Of a stretch of DNA of 64,000 bases, positions 9,199-17,928 are shown piece by piece (the stretch's first letter is position 1; every line of letters begins with the position of its first letter). Both the position numbers and the translations under genes were made by a program. Below the pieces are notes generated by a model. It saw only the letters and a program-made list of their open reading frames with translations. It did no database searches and was not told the DNA's origin. Source of the DNA: Actinomycetota bacterium (lineage in GTDB: Bacteria; Actinomycetota; UBA4738; HRBIN12); contig VAXZ01000117.1 in NCBI GenBank assembly GCA_005885035.1, positions 30,992-94,991 of the forward strand, in the 5' to 3' direction.

Positions 9199-9638
9199 CA
9201 GGCTCCCATCACCCAGTGGCCTTCACCGGTCGCGAGGAGCTCCTTCTTCCAGATCGGGACGTCGTGCTTCAGCTGTTCGATCCCCTCCCGGCATGCCTCG
9301 AATGCCTCCGCGCGGTGCGCGCCGGAGACGGCCACCACCACGCTCGCGTCGCCGACGCCGAGGTCGCCGGTGCGGTGGAGCAAGGCCACCTTCCGGATGG
9401 GCCAGCGATCGCGGAGCCGATTGGCGATCTCACGCAGCCGGTCGGCCGCGACATCGTTCCACGACTCGTAGGTGAGCCCCGTCACGGCGACGCCATCGGC
9501 GTCGGAATCACGGACGGTACCGACGAAGATGCACGATCCACCCGACGAAGGTTCGGCGATGAACGCGAGCGCTTCGTCGACGGACAGGGGCTCGGCGGTG
9601 ATCCGCACGAGCGTCTGGTCGTCGGACACGGCGCCCAT
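9198..9638 (-). CDS. moaE: molybdopterin synthase catalytic subunit MoaE
   Basis: Internal ATG at 9638 of ORF 9198..9779. The 146-aa product contains GSCIFVGTVRD, YESW, ALLHRTGDLGVGD, HRAEAFEAC and IWKKE, typical of MoaE. Its stop overlaps the mreB start (TGATG). Confidence 0.85.
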   Translation of the reverse strand: MGAVSDDQTLVRITAEPLSVDEALAFIAEPSSGGSCIFVGTVRDSDADGVAVTGLTYESWNDVAADRLREIANRLRDRWPIRKVALLHRTGDLGVGDASVVVAVSGAHRAEAFEACREGIEQLKHDVPIWKKELLATGEGHWVMGA

Positions 9639-9669
9639 CGTAGCGCGAGGGACGTCGTAGGCTGGCCGC

Positions 9670-10851
9670 GTGAGCGATCCACTCGGCTTCCCGTTCGGGA
9701 TGGACCCCGACGCCCTTCGAGACGCACCCTTGTTCCGCGAGCTCCAGCGCGTGATGGCCTCCTCGTCCGGGCCGATCAATTGGGAGCTCGCGCGTCAGGT
9801 CGGCGTCGCGAGCGCGCTCGAAGAGGGCCCCGATCCCGAGCCGACCGAAGAAGATCGCCGCATGCTCGACGAGGCCGTCCGCGTAGCGGAGCTGCAGGTC
9901 GCGGGGTTCACCGGGATGGAGCTTCCCGGCGACATCGTCCATGTCCAGCCGGTGCGCCGGGCCGAGTGGGTCGGGGCCAGCGCGACGAGCCTCCGCTCAT
10001 TGCTCGAGCCCGCGGCGCAACGGATGGGCCAGGCGCTCGAGGCTGCGATGCGCGAACAGATGCCTGAAGACCTCGGGCCGATGGCCGGCATGCTCACGCA
10101 GCTCGGACCGTTGCTGCAGGGGACGCAGGTGGGGCAGGTGCTCGGGTTCCTGGCGACGCGGGTGCTCGGCCAGTACGACGTCGCGGTTCCCCGCCAAGCG
10201 GGGTCGGGCGCGCTGCTGTTCGTGGTGCCCAACATCGCGCGGTTCGAGCACGACTGGTCGCTCGACCCGACCGAGTTCCGGACGTCGGTTGCCCTCCATG
10301 AGGTCACGCACCGGCTCGAGTTCGGACGGTCATGGACGGCCGCGCACTTCGCCGCCCTGGTGGACGATTTCCTCTCGACGCTCACGGTGGACATCCGCGC
10401 GATCCAGGAGCGTTTCTCCGCACTCGATCCGACCGACCCCGAGGCCGTGGAGCGGGCGCTTGGCGGAGATGATGTCGACGCGTTGTTCGGCGCCGTCCTG
10501 GACGACGAGCAACGGTTGAAGCTCGGCAGGATCCAGGCGTTCATGGCGGCGGCCGAGGGCTACGCGGACCACGTGATGCACGCGCTCGGCGCGCGGCTCC
10601 TCGCCACGCACGCGATGATCGAAGAGGCGATGCTTCGTCATCGCGAGGACGAGGCGACGGACCCGGTGTTCGAGCGGTTGCTCGGGATCGACATGAAGCG
10701 GGAGCAGTACGTCGCGGGCCGGCGGTTCTGCGACCTCGTCGTCGACCTCACGGACGAGGCGATCCTCGCGCGGATGTGGGGATCGGCCGAGGCGATGCCG
10801 TCACTGCCGGAGATCGAAGAGCCGCGCCTGTGGCTCGCGAGGACGGTCTAG
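9670..10851 (+). CDS. zinc-dependent metalloprotease, DUF2342 / F420-biosynthesis-associated hydrolase family
   Basis: 393 aa with a HEVTH zinc motif. The overall pattern (PINWELA..., ALHEVTHRLEF, EGYADHVM) matches actinobacterial DUF2342 proteins. Confidence 0.8.
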   Translation: MSDPLGFPFGMDPDALRDAPLFRELQRVMASSSGPINWELARQVGVASALEEGPDPEPTEEDRRMLDEAVRVAELQVAGFTGMELPGDIVHVQPVRRAEWVGASATSLRSLLEPAAQRMGQALEAAMREQMPEDLGPMAGMLTQLGPLLQGTQVGQVLGFLATRVLGQYDVAVPRQAGSGALLFVVPNIARFEHDWSLDPTEFRTSVALHEVTHRLEFGRSWTAAHFAALVDDFLSTLTVDIRAIQERFSALDPTDPEAVERALGGDDVDALFGAVLDDEQRLKLGRIQAFMAAAEGYADHVMHALGARLLATHAMIEEAMLRHREDEATDPVFERLLGIDMKREQYVAGRRFCDLVVDLTDEAILARMWGSAEAMPSLPEIEEPRLWLARTV

Positions 10852-10877
10852 CAACCTCCGAGCGGTATCCTCCCCCG

Positions 10878-11663
10878 ATGGACACCGTGGGGGAGCTCGT
10901 CGCCGCCGCGATCGTCGACGAACGCGTCTGGCAGACCCAGGGAGCGTCATCGCCGGACGGGATCTACCTCACGGGTCAACCGGGCCCCGCGCTCCCATTC
11001 GTGCTCTTCCGAGCATGGAAGGTCGGCGTCGGGATCGTGCAAGAGGAAGTGCGTCTCTACGGTCCGTCGGGACGGATGATCTGGCGGTGGGGACCGGAGT
11101 ACCGCCGGATGGAGGGGATGTTCGACCTGACGACGGAGCTCGACGTCGTGACGGACGCCGTCTTCGACGAAACGGGAACCTACGTGGCCTCGTTCATCAT
11201 CGATGACCAGATCGTGGGTGAGATCGAGCTCCCCGTCTATGTGCAAGCCGCCCCGACGAAGCTGCCGAAGGACATCGAGGATGCGCTCCGGAAGTCGGAT
11301 GTGATCTGGGTCGGTGCGGACGTCCGAGGTCGCCGCGACATGATCCCGGCGTGGTTCGTCTACAAGAACGGCAGGATCTACCTGCTGTCGCAGAAGCAGT
11401 CCGGACCGCAGGAGCAGACGATCCCCGGCGTGACCGAGGCGAAGGAGTTCGTCGTCGTGACCCGTCGCAAGGGTCGGGACACGTCGGCCCAGGAGTTCAC
11501 GGCGGCGCCACGCTTGCTCGAGGGTGCGGAGTGGGAGGAGGCCGCCAAGGCGTTGGTGGACAAGCGCAAGTCTCGAGCCGGTGCCCCCACCGAGTCGATC
11601 GGCCGCTGGCGCGGCGCCTGCGACATCCTCGAGCTGACGCCGAACGTTCCCGCGCTCGTTTGA
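10878..11663 (+). CDS. hypothetical protein
   Basis: ATG at 10878 within ORF 10776..11663. Codon position 3 is G/C-rich and the composition looks globular. No family recognised. Confidence 0.55.
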   Translation: MDTVGELVAAAIVDERVWQTQGASSPDGIYLTGQPGPALPFVLFRAWKVGVGIVQEEVRLYGPSGRMIWRWGPEYRRMEGMFDLTTELDVVTDAVFDETGTYVASFIIDDQIVGEIELPVYVQAAPTKLPKDIEDALRKSDVIWVGADVRGRRDMIPAWFVYKNGRIYLLSQKQSGPQEQTIPGVTEAKEFVVVTRRKGRDTSAQEFTAAPRLLEGAEWEEAAKALVDKRKSRAGAPTESIGRWRGACDILELTPNVPALV

Positions 11664-11833
11664 CTGCCCTCCTGTCGAACGTCAACCCCTTACGGTGAGT
11701 CGGGGTGTCGCCGCCCAGCCACGTGTCCACAGATTCACGACAACGAAGGCCGTCGGCGTCGTGAAGACGTTGACGGATCCCGCCGGCAGAACCCCGCCGA
11801 TCGCGGTAACCGCTTGCGGTGTGATACGCCCCG

Positions 11834-12328
11834 ATGTCAGACCCTCGGAGTATGAACGGACTCGTGTGCGACGTCGACGACATCACAAGCGCCAGCGGGT
11901 GGGACGTCATGGTCGAGGCCCGACGCGTTCAACACCGCTTCGAGGTCACGATGGATCAGTGCCTCGAAGCTTTCGGCATCTCCTACGCCCAATACCGTGC
12001 ACTCATCGCACTGCTCGACGGGAGCGACATGCACATCTCGGAGCTCGCACGACGGCTCCGGGTGACGCGGCAGGCGTCGTTGGCCATCGCGACGAAGCTC
12101 GCTCGATCCGATCTCGTCACCTTCGAGCGAGAGTCGCACGCCACGTATCTCGTCGTTACGCCGGTCGCCCGCGCGCGATTCGCCCGCCTCCGCGAGTTCG
12201 CCGACATGCCCGAGGAACTGGAGAAGAGCATGACGGATACCGAGCGCGGCCGTCTGGTCGCGCTCTTGCGGAAAGCAGACCGATCCCTCGCTCCTCCACG
12301 CCGCCCCGCATGGTGGCTCGAGGCCTGA
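11834..12328 (+). CDS. MarR family transcriptional regulator
   Basis: A winged-HTH pattern is present (ISYAQYRALIALLDGSDMHISELARRLRVTRQASLAIATKLARSDLVTFE). The start codon is uncertain; in-frame ATGs also occur at 11852 and 11909. Confidence 0.75.
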   Translation: MSDPRSMNGLVCDVDDITSASGWDVMVEARRVQHRFEVTMDQCLEAFGISYAQYRALIALLDGSDMHISELARRLRVTRQASLAIATKLARSDLVTFERESHATYLVVTPVARARFARLREFADMPEELEKSMTDTERGRLVALLRKADRSLAPPRRPAWWLEA

Positions 12329-12333
12329 GCCGC

Positions 12334-13353
12334 CTATCGGTTCATCGGCCGGCTGAGCGCGTCCGCGATCGCCGCGAGTTGCCCGCCTAGCGCAACGATC
12401 TCCTCCGGCAACAATGCCTGGGCACCGTCCACCATCGCCTGCTCAGGGTTCGCGTGGACGTCGACCATCACGCCGTCCGCCCCGGCGGCGAGCGCGGCCC
12501 GCGCCATGGCCGCCACGAGATGCCGCTTCCCCACCGCGTGCGACGGGTCGACGATCACCGGCAGGTGCGACTCGTGCTGCGCTACGGCCATCCCTCCCAG
12601 ATCGAGGGTATTGCGGGTCGACGGCTCGAAGGTCCGGATCCCGCGCTCGCACAGGATGATCTCTGAATTGCCTCGCTGCGCGACGTACTCGGCCGCCTGG
12701 AGCCATTCCTCGACGGTCATCGCGAGACCCCGTTTCAACATCACAGGTTTGTTCGCGAGCCCGACCTCCTTCAGCAGCTCGAAGTTCTGGGCGTTGCGCG
12801 TCCCGACCCGGATGCAGTCGGCGACGTCCGCGACATGGGCGACCTGGGACAGGTCTACGACCTCGATCACGACCGGCAGACCGAACTCGCGGCGTGCCTC
12901 CTGCAGGATCTCGATCCCTTGCTCCCCGAGTCCTTGGAACGAGTACGGGGACGTCCGCGGCTTATAGACGTCGCCGCGGACGATCGTTGCGCCGGCGTCC
13001 TTCGCCGCGCGGATCGCGCGCATCGTCTGCTCGGGGTTCTCAACCGCGCACGGGCCGGCGATCAGCGTGAAGGAGTCCCGGCCGACCGGGACCGTCCCGA
13101 CCTTGACTACGGTGGTCTCGGGATGCAGGTCCCGCGAGACCATCTTGTACGGCTTGCCGATCTGGATCACGTGGTCGACGCCATGCATCTGGCGCCAATC
13201 GATCGCCTTGAATCGCTCGGTGTCGCCGACGAGGCCGACGATCGTGTGCACGGTGCCGCGGGAGACGAACGCCTCGCCGCCGTTCGCGCGCACGCGTTCC
13301 GCGACGGCGTCGATCTCGGCGTCCGTCGCTTCTGGGGTCATCACCACGACCAT
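12334..13353 (-). CDS. 3-deoxy-7-phosphoheptulonate (DAHP) synthase, type I-beta with N-terminal ferredoxin-like regulatory domain
   Basis: 339 aa starting at ATG 13353, preceded by the Shine-Dalgarno sequence GAGGAGG. The KDO8P/DAHP-I-beta core contains LIAGPCAVE, YKPRTSPYSFQG, KRG and DPSH. The extra roughly 80-aa N-terminal domain matches the Thermotoga-type enzyme. The 617-aa ORF extension upstream is antisense to upp and is rejected. Confidence 0.9.
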   Translation of the reverse strand: MVVVMTPEATDAEIDAVAERVRANGGEAFVSRGTVHTIVGLVGDTERFKAIDWRQMHGVDHVIQIGKPYKMVSRDLHPETTVVKVGTVPVGRDSFTLIAGPCAVENPEQTMRAIRAAKDAGATIVRGDVYKPRTSPYSFQGLGEQGIEILQEARREFGLPVVIEVVDLSQVAHVADVADCIRVGTRNAQNFELLKEVGLANKPVMLKRGLAMTVEEWLQAAEYVAQRGNSEIILCERGIRTFEPSTRNTLDLGGMAVAQHESHLPVIVDPSHAVGKRHLVAAMARAALAAGADGVMVDVHANPEQAMVDGAQALLPEEIVALGGQLAAIADALSRPMNR

Positions 13354-13393
13354 GCGGTCGAACCTCCTCGTCGACCCGGTCGAACGGTCCGGG

Positions 13394-13423
13394 AAGTCGA
13401 AACCCCGGGCTCCGGCCCGGGGT
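13394..13423 (-). terminator. candidate attenuator hairpin in the DAHP synthase leader
   Basis: The minus-strand RNA is ACCCCGGGC-CGGA-GCCCGGGGU (13423..13402) followed by UUCGACUU. It has a 9-bp G/C stem and a 4-nt loop. It lies 27 nt after the leader-ORF stop and 48 nt before the aro start codon. Confidence 0.4.
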
Positions 13424-13450
13424 CGCTCGCTGCTCGGTGGCCGCTGGCGA

Positions 13451-13504
13451 CTACGCCGGGTCGCACCCGCCGTAGGAGAACCAGAAGCCGACGTACGACT
13501 GCAT
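13451..13504 (-). CDS. candidate leader peptide MQSYVGFWFSYGGCDPA (aromatic-rich)
   Basis: A 17-codon ORF, ATG at 13504 to TAG at 13451. All 16 sense codons after the ATG end in G or C. Five of the 17 residues are Tyr, Phe or Trp, clustered as Y-x-x-F-W-F-x-Y. It sits upstream of the first gene of aromatic amino acid biosynthesis. There is no obvious Shine-Dalgarno sequence, so the transcript may be leaderless. Confidence 0.5.
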   Translation of the reverse strand: MQSYVGFWFSYGGCDPA

Positions 13505-13521
13505 CTGTGCGCATGGTGACA

Positions 13522-13561
13522 GACGGCGGGCGCGGGTGGCAAGCCGCCCGCGCCCGCCGTC
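13522..13561. promoter_or_regulatory. perfect 15-bp GC-rich inverted repeat with 10-bp spacer in the upp / aro-leader divergent region
   Basis: gacggcgggcgcggg (13522..13536) and cccgcgcccgccgtc (13547..13561) are exact reverse complements. The spacer is tggcaagccg. A possible -10 element, TAGCAT (13564..13569), lies 6 nt upstream of the upp GTG. Confidence 0.6.
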
Positions 13562-13575
13562 GCTAGCATGCGGCG

Positions 13576-14199
13576 GTGACCCTCACGGTCCTCGACCACC
13601 CACTCGCCGCGGACCTGCTCGCGCGGCTCCGCGACGAACGAACCCCTCCTGACCTGTTCCGGACGCTCACGCGGCGACTCGGGTGGCTCCTCGTCCTGGA
13701 GGCGACGCGTGATCTTGCGACCGATCCGATCGACGTCCCCACGCCGCTCGAGACGACGTCCGGGCAGGTCATCACCGAGCGCCTCGTGGCGATCCCCGTC
13801 CTCCGGGCCGGCCTCGGGCTCCTCGATGCGGCCACCGACCTGTACCCCGACACCGTCGTCGGCTACCTCGGCATGGAGCGCGATGAGATCACGCTCCAGC
13901 CGCGCGACTACTACGCGAAGCTTCCGCCGATGGAGGGGCGCCGGGCGCTCGTGCTCGATCCGATGCTCGCGACCGGCGGAAGCGGCACGGCGGCGGTTAC
14001 CCATATCAAGGCGAACGCAGGCCCAAAGTCGATCTCGTTCGTCTGCGTGGTCGCCGCCCCCGAGGGCGTGAAGCGGTTGGCAGCGGACCATCCCGAAGTC
14101 CCCGTCTTCACGGCCGCGCTCGATCGGCAGCTCAACGATCAGGGCTTCATCCTGCCGGGCCTCGGGGACTTCGGCGACCGGCTGCACGGGACGGTCTAG
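13576..14199 (+). CDS. upp: uracil phosphoribosyltransferase
   Basis: 207 aa with a GTG start. Contains the PRPP-binding loop LVLDPMLATGGS and a C-terminal ILPGLGDFGDR typical of Upp. Confidence 0.9.
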   Translation: MTLTVLDHPLAADLLARLRDERTPPDLFRTLTRRLGWLLVLEATRDLATDPIDVPTPLETTSGQVITERLVAIPVLRAGLGLLDAATDLYPDTVVGYLGMERDEITLQPRDYYAKLPPMEGRRALVLDPMLATGGSGTAAVTHIKANAGPKSISFVCVVAAPEGVKRLAADHPEVPVFTAALDRQLNDQGFILPGLGDFGDRLHGTV

Positions 14200-15176
14200 G
14201 TCGTCGCTCCCTCGTACGCCTTGCCGGCGGCGGCCGGCGGTCGCACCTTGCCCACGAATCCGGCCAGAACCACGATGGTGACGACGTACGGCGTCATGCG
14301 AACGAATTGATCCGGGATCAGCCGGAAGACCGGCGCGTCACCGAGGCGGAGAGGGATCGCCTGGGCGAACCCAAACACGAACGATGCAACCATCAATCGG
14401 ACGGGGTTCCAGTTCGACAGGATCAGCGCGGCCAGCGCGATGAACCCCAGGCCCTGCGTCTGCCCTTCGCCCCAGCTGTACGCCACCTCGACCGCGAGGT
14501 ACGCGCCGGCCAGCCCCGCGAGCGCCCCCGACAGCAAGACTCCCTCGTAGCGGAGGGGAGCAACACGGACGCCGAGGGAGCGCGCCGCCTCAGGGTTCTC
14601 GCCGCAGGAGCGCAACCGAAGACCCCAACGGGTCCGGTACAGGGCGAAGGAAACGGGAAAGACGAGCAGCATCGCCACGACCACCATCGGCGACAGCTGT
14701 TGGAATGCACGTCCCAACCCCCATGGGATGCTCGAGAGCAGCGGGATGCTGACCGGGTTCATGTGTGGTTGCCCGGGATCCGACTGCGTCGCCTGCCCGA
14801 AGAAGATCGTCGACAAGAACCGAGCCAACCCCACCGCGACCAGGTTGATCACCACGCCCGACACGATGTGGTCCACCCGGAAAGTGACCGTCGCGAGGGC
14901 GTGGATCGTGGCGAACGTCGCTCCGGCGAGCATCCCGATCAGCAGCCCCATGATCGGCCCCCACGGCAGGCCCCAGCCGAGGCCGTCCGGGGGCGGCAGC
15001 GTGAAGTGGTGCGCGCCCCACGACCCCGTGACGGTGCCGACGATCATCATGCCCTCGAGGCCGATATTCACGATGCCCGAACGCTCGCTGAACAGGCCGC
15101 CGAGCCCGGTCAGGTAGATGATGGTGAAGTACGTGAACGCGATCCCGATCGCGGCGCCGATGTCACCGAGCGCCAT
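14196..15176 (-). CDS. ABC transporter permease (BMP/nucleoside-type, YufQ/NupC-like)
   Basis: 326 aa, multi-TM. GLFSERSGIVNIGLEGMM is the signature of simple-sugar/nucleoside ABC permeases. Last gene of a four-gene minus-strand operon. Confidence 0.85.
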   Translation of the reverse strand: MALGDIGAAIGIAFTYFTIIYLTGLGGLFSERSGIVNIGLEGMMIVGTVTGSWGAHHFTLPPPDGLGWGLPWGPIMGLLIGMLAGATFATIHALATVTFRVDHIVSGVVINLVAVGLARFLSTIFFGQATQSDPGQPHMNPVSIPLLSSIPWGLGRAFQQLSPMVVVAMLLVFPVSFALYRTRWGLRLRSCGENPEAARSLGVRVAPLRYEGVLLSGALAGLAGAYLAVEVAYSWGEGQTQGLGFIALAALILSNWNPVRLMVASFVFGFAQAIPLRLGDAPVFRLIPDQFVRMTPYVVTIVVLAGFVGKVRPPAAAGKAYEGATT

Positions 15177-16376
15177 CTAGCGGTCCTCCTTCGCGAGCCC
15201 CTCGATGTCCACGGCAGCCGCCGAATCGCCGATCCCCTCGACGGTCGCTGCCTTGCGAAGCTGCCGCGCCAGCAAGCGCCGCTGGGCGAGCTGGTAGGTG
15301 ACCACGACGGAGATGATGAGGATCCCCTGCAGGATGATCACGAATTCACGCGGCACATCCGTATCGATCTGTACCGCTGTCTCGCCGCGCGCGAGCACCC
15401 CCCACAGGACCGCCGCCAGCACGATGCCGAGCGGGCTGTTCTGCCCGAGGAACGCCACGGCGATACCCGTGAACCCGAGGGCGGCTTCATACTGGACGGG
15501 CAGATAGCCCTTGTCCGCGAGGAGCTGCTGCATCCCGACGAGACCAGCCAAGGCGCCCGACAGGATGAACAGCTTGATCTGCACGCTGCCGATCGAGATC
15601 CCACCGGCTTGCGCCGATCCGGCCGACGCGCCGACCGCGCGCGCCTCGTACCCCAGCCGCATCCGCTTCAGCACGAACCAGACGATCGCGGCGGTGACGA
15701 GCGCCATGGGAAACAACCAGGACAGATGCGCGGAGTCCGGGATGCCGAATCGATGACCGAGATCGGGGATACGCGCGTTCGCCTTGAAGGGGTCGGTCCG
15801 CAGGTTGATGTTGAAACCGGCGAGCTGTTGCGTGAAGTGCAGCGGTCCGTTGATCGCCCATGCGACGAGAGAGATCGCGATGCCGTTCATCATGATCGTC
15901 GTCACGACCTCGTGGGCGCCGGTCCTCACCTTGAGGACCGCGGGAACCAGCGCGAAGGCCACCGCCCCGAGCATCCCGAACACGATCGTGACCCACATGA
16001 GCAACGGACCGGGCAGGAAATCGAGTTTCAAGGCGGCCCAGGCCGCGGCAACCATGCCCACCAGGTACTGGCCTTCGACCCCGATGTTGAACATGCCGCC
16101 CTTGAAGCAGACGGCCACCGCGAGGGCCGAGAAGATGAGGGGCGTCGCGATCGAGATCACGTACCCGAAGCCATCTCTGCTGCCGAACGAGAACGTGAGG
16201 ATCGCGCCGTAGACGGCAGCCGGGCTCTCGCCGTACGCGAGGATGATCAAAGAACCGAGCAAGAGCGCGATCACGAGGGCCGCCACGAGTGCGAGCAGCT
16301 GGCCGCCGATGTTCTCGAGCCACTCCGGTCGCACCCGCTCGCGGACGGTTGGTGCCGGGGCCTCGATCGTCGCCAT
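15177..16376 (-). CDS. ABC transporter permease (BMP/nucleoside-type, YufP/NupB-like)
   Basis: 399 aa, multi-TM, with GMFNIGVEGQ. It abuts the downstream permease (stop at 15177, next start at 15176) and overlaps the ATPase stop by 1 nt. Confidence 0.85.
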   Translation of the reverse strand: MATIEAPAPTVRERVRPEWLENIGGQLLALVAALVIALLLGSLIILAYGESPAAVYGAILTFSFGSRDGFGYVISIATPLIFSALAVAVCFKGGMFNIGVEGQYLVGMVAAAWAALKLDFLPGPLLMWVTIVFGMLGAVAFALVPAVLKVRTGAHEVVTTIMMNGIAISLVAWAINGPLHFTQQLAGFNINLRTDPFKANARIPDLGHRFGIPDSAHLSWLFPMALVTAAIVWFVLKRMRLGYEARAVGASAGSAQAGGISIGSVQIKLFILSGALAGLVGMQQLLADKGYLPVQYEAALGFTGIAVAFLGQNSPLGIVLAAVLWGVLARGETAVQIDTDVPREFVIILQGILIISVVVTYQLAQRRLLARQLRKAATVEGIGDSAAAVDIEGLAKEDR

Positions 16377-17881
16377 CAGCCCGCCTTCGCCGAAGCCACA
16401 TCGCCGAGCATCCCACGCCCGACTTCCTCGGCCGGGGCATCAGGTGGGTACTCCCCCGTGATCCGGCCCTCGTAGAGGGTCACGATCCTGTCGGACAGCG
16501 CGTAGATCTCGTCGAGTTCGGCAGAGATCAGGAGGATCGCCCGTCCCGCGGCCTTCTGCTCCAAGATCTCGCTCCACACGAACTCGATCGCACCGACATC
16601 CAGTCCGCGCGTCGGCTGTGCGGCGAGCAGCAGCCGCGGATCCGTCTCGAGCTCCCTCGCGAGGATCAGCTTCTGCTGGTTGCCTCCCGACAACGTGCGC
16701 GCCGACGTCTCGATGCCCCGCGCGCGGATGTCGAATTCCTGCAGCAGGCGCGCCGCGAGCTGCTTGATCCGCTTGATCAGCAGGATCCCTCCGCGCCGCG
16801 AGAAGTCCTCGTCTTCCTGCCGACCGAGAACCGCGTTCTCCCAGAGGCTCATGTCGAGGACCAAGCCTTGGTCCTGACGATCCTCCGGGATGAACGCCAC
16901 GCCCGCGTTGCGGATGTCGCCGGTGCTGGTGGACGTCAGCTCGCGACCGTCCAGCAGGACGCTTCCCCCCTCGAGCGGCCGCAGTCCCATGATCGCGTCG
17001 GCGAGGTCTCGTTGGCCATTGCCTTCCACACCGGCGACGCCCACGATCTCGCCCGAGCGCACCTCGAGGTCGATGCCGCGGAGGCGACCGCCGCGGAGGC
17101 CTACGAGTTGCAAGACCGCTTCCCCGATCGTTGTTCGAGGTTTCTCCAGACGGAAGAGGACCGGTCGGCCAACCATCATCTCGGCGAGCCTGGCTTTGGA
17201 GGTTTCGGCAGGCGCCGTCTCGCCCACGACCTTGCCTCGCCGAAGGACCGTGATGCGGTCGGCGATCTCGAGTACCTCGTCGAGCTTGTGGCTGATGAAC
17301 ACGATCGTCTTGCCGGTCTCACGGAGCTGACGCAGGTTCGCGAACAACGCGCTCGTCTCGGCAGGCGTGAGCACCGCCGTCGGCTCGTCGAGGATCAGGA
17401 CGTCGACACCGCGATACAGCGCCTTCAGGATCTCGACCCGCTGCTCCTCACCGACCGAGAGCTCCTCCACTCTCGCAGCCGGGTCGATCTGGAACCCGTA
17501 CCTGTCTGCCAGCTCGGCGACCCGTTGGTTCGATCCGTCGGGATGCAAGAGCTGGCTGCCTTCCAGCCCGAGGATGACGTTCTCCGCAACGGTGAACGGG
17601 TCCACCAAGACGAAATGCTGGTGGACCATCCCGATCCCACTGGCGATCGCGTCGCGCGGCGAATGGATACGCACCTCTCGCCCTCGGACCTCGATCGAAC
17701 CGCCATCCGGAGGATAGATGCCGTAGAGGATGCGCATCAGCGTCGACTTGCCAGCTCCGTTCTCCCCAACGAGCGCGTGCACCTCGCCCGCCCGGAGCTC
17801 CAGAGACACATCGTCATTCGCGACCACGCCGGGGAAGCGTTTCGTGACGCCCCGCATCACGACGAGGGGCGGGGTGCTCAC
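16376..17881 (-). CDS. ABC transporter ATP-binding protein (duplicated ATPase, nucleoside/sugar type)
   Basis: Two ABC cassettes are present: Walker A GENGAGKST, signature LSVGEEQRVEIL/LSGGNQQK, and Walker B ILDEPT/LLAAQPT. The start is set at GTG 17881 (VSTPPLVVMRGVTKRF); ATG 17857 is an alternative. The longer ORF, up to 18172, overlaps the lipoprotein gene. Confidence 0.85.
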   Translation of the reverse strand: MSTPPLVVMRGVTKRFPGVVANDDVSLELRAGEVHALVGENGAGKSTLMRILYGIYPPDGGSIEVRGREVRIHSPRDAIASGIGMVHQHFVLVDPFTVAENVILGLEGSQLLHPDGSNQRVAELADRYGFQIDPAARVEELSVGEEQRVEILKALYRGVDVLILDEPTAVLTPAETSALFANLRQLRETGKTIVFISHKLDEVLEIADRITVLRRGKVVGETAPAETSKARLAEMMVGRPVLFRLEKPRTTIGEAVLQLVGLRGGRLRGIDLEVRSGEIVGVAGVEGNGQRDLADAIMGLRPLEGGSVLLDGRELTSTSTGDIRNAGVAFIPEDRQDQGLVLDMSLWENAVLGRQEDEDFSRRGGILLIKRIKQLAARLLQEFDIRARGIETSARTLSGGNQQKLILARELETDPRLLLAAQPTRGLDVGAIEFVWSEILEQKAAGRAILLISAELDEIYALSDRIVTLYEGRITGEYPPDAPAEEVGRGMLGDVASAKAG

Positions 17882-17928
17882 GCTCCCCGCCCCGTCATCG
17901 CCCCTCGCGTGAGAGGCACCGTCGATCG

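Noticed and set aside
12334-14187. 617-aa version of the DAHP synthase ORF
   Set aside because: Homology starts at ATG 13353, which has a strong Shine-Dalgarno sequence. The upstream 278 codons run antisense through upp and the regulatory region and show no motifs.
14307-16475. 722-aa plus-strand ORF across the ABC permease genes
   Set aside because: It is antisense to two well-supported permease genes. The sequence is Arg/His/Asp-rich nonsense with no hydrophobic or catalytic motifs.
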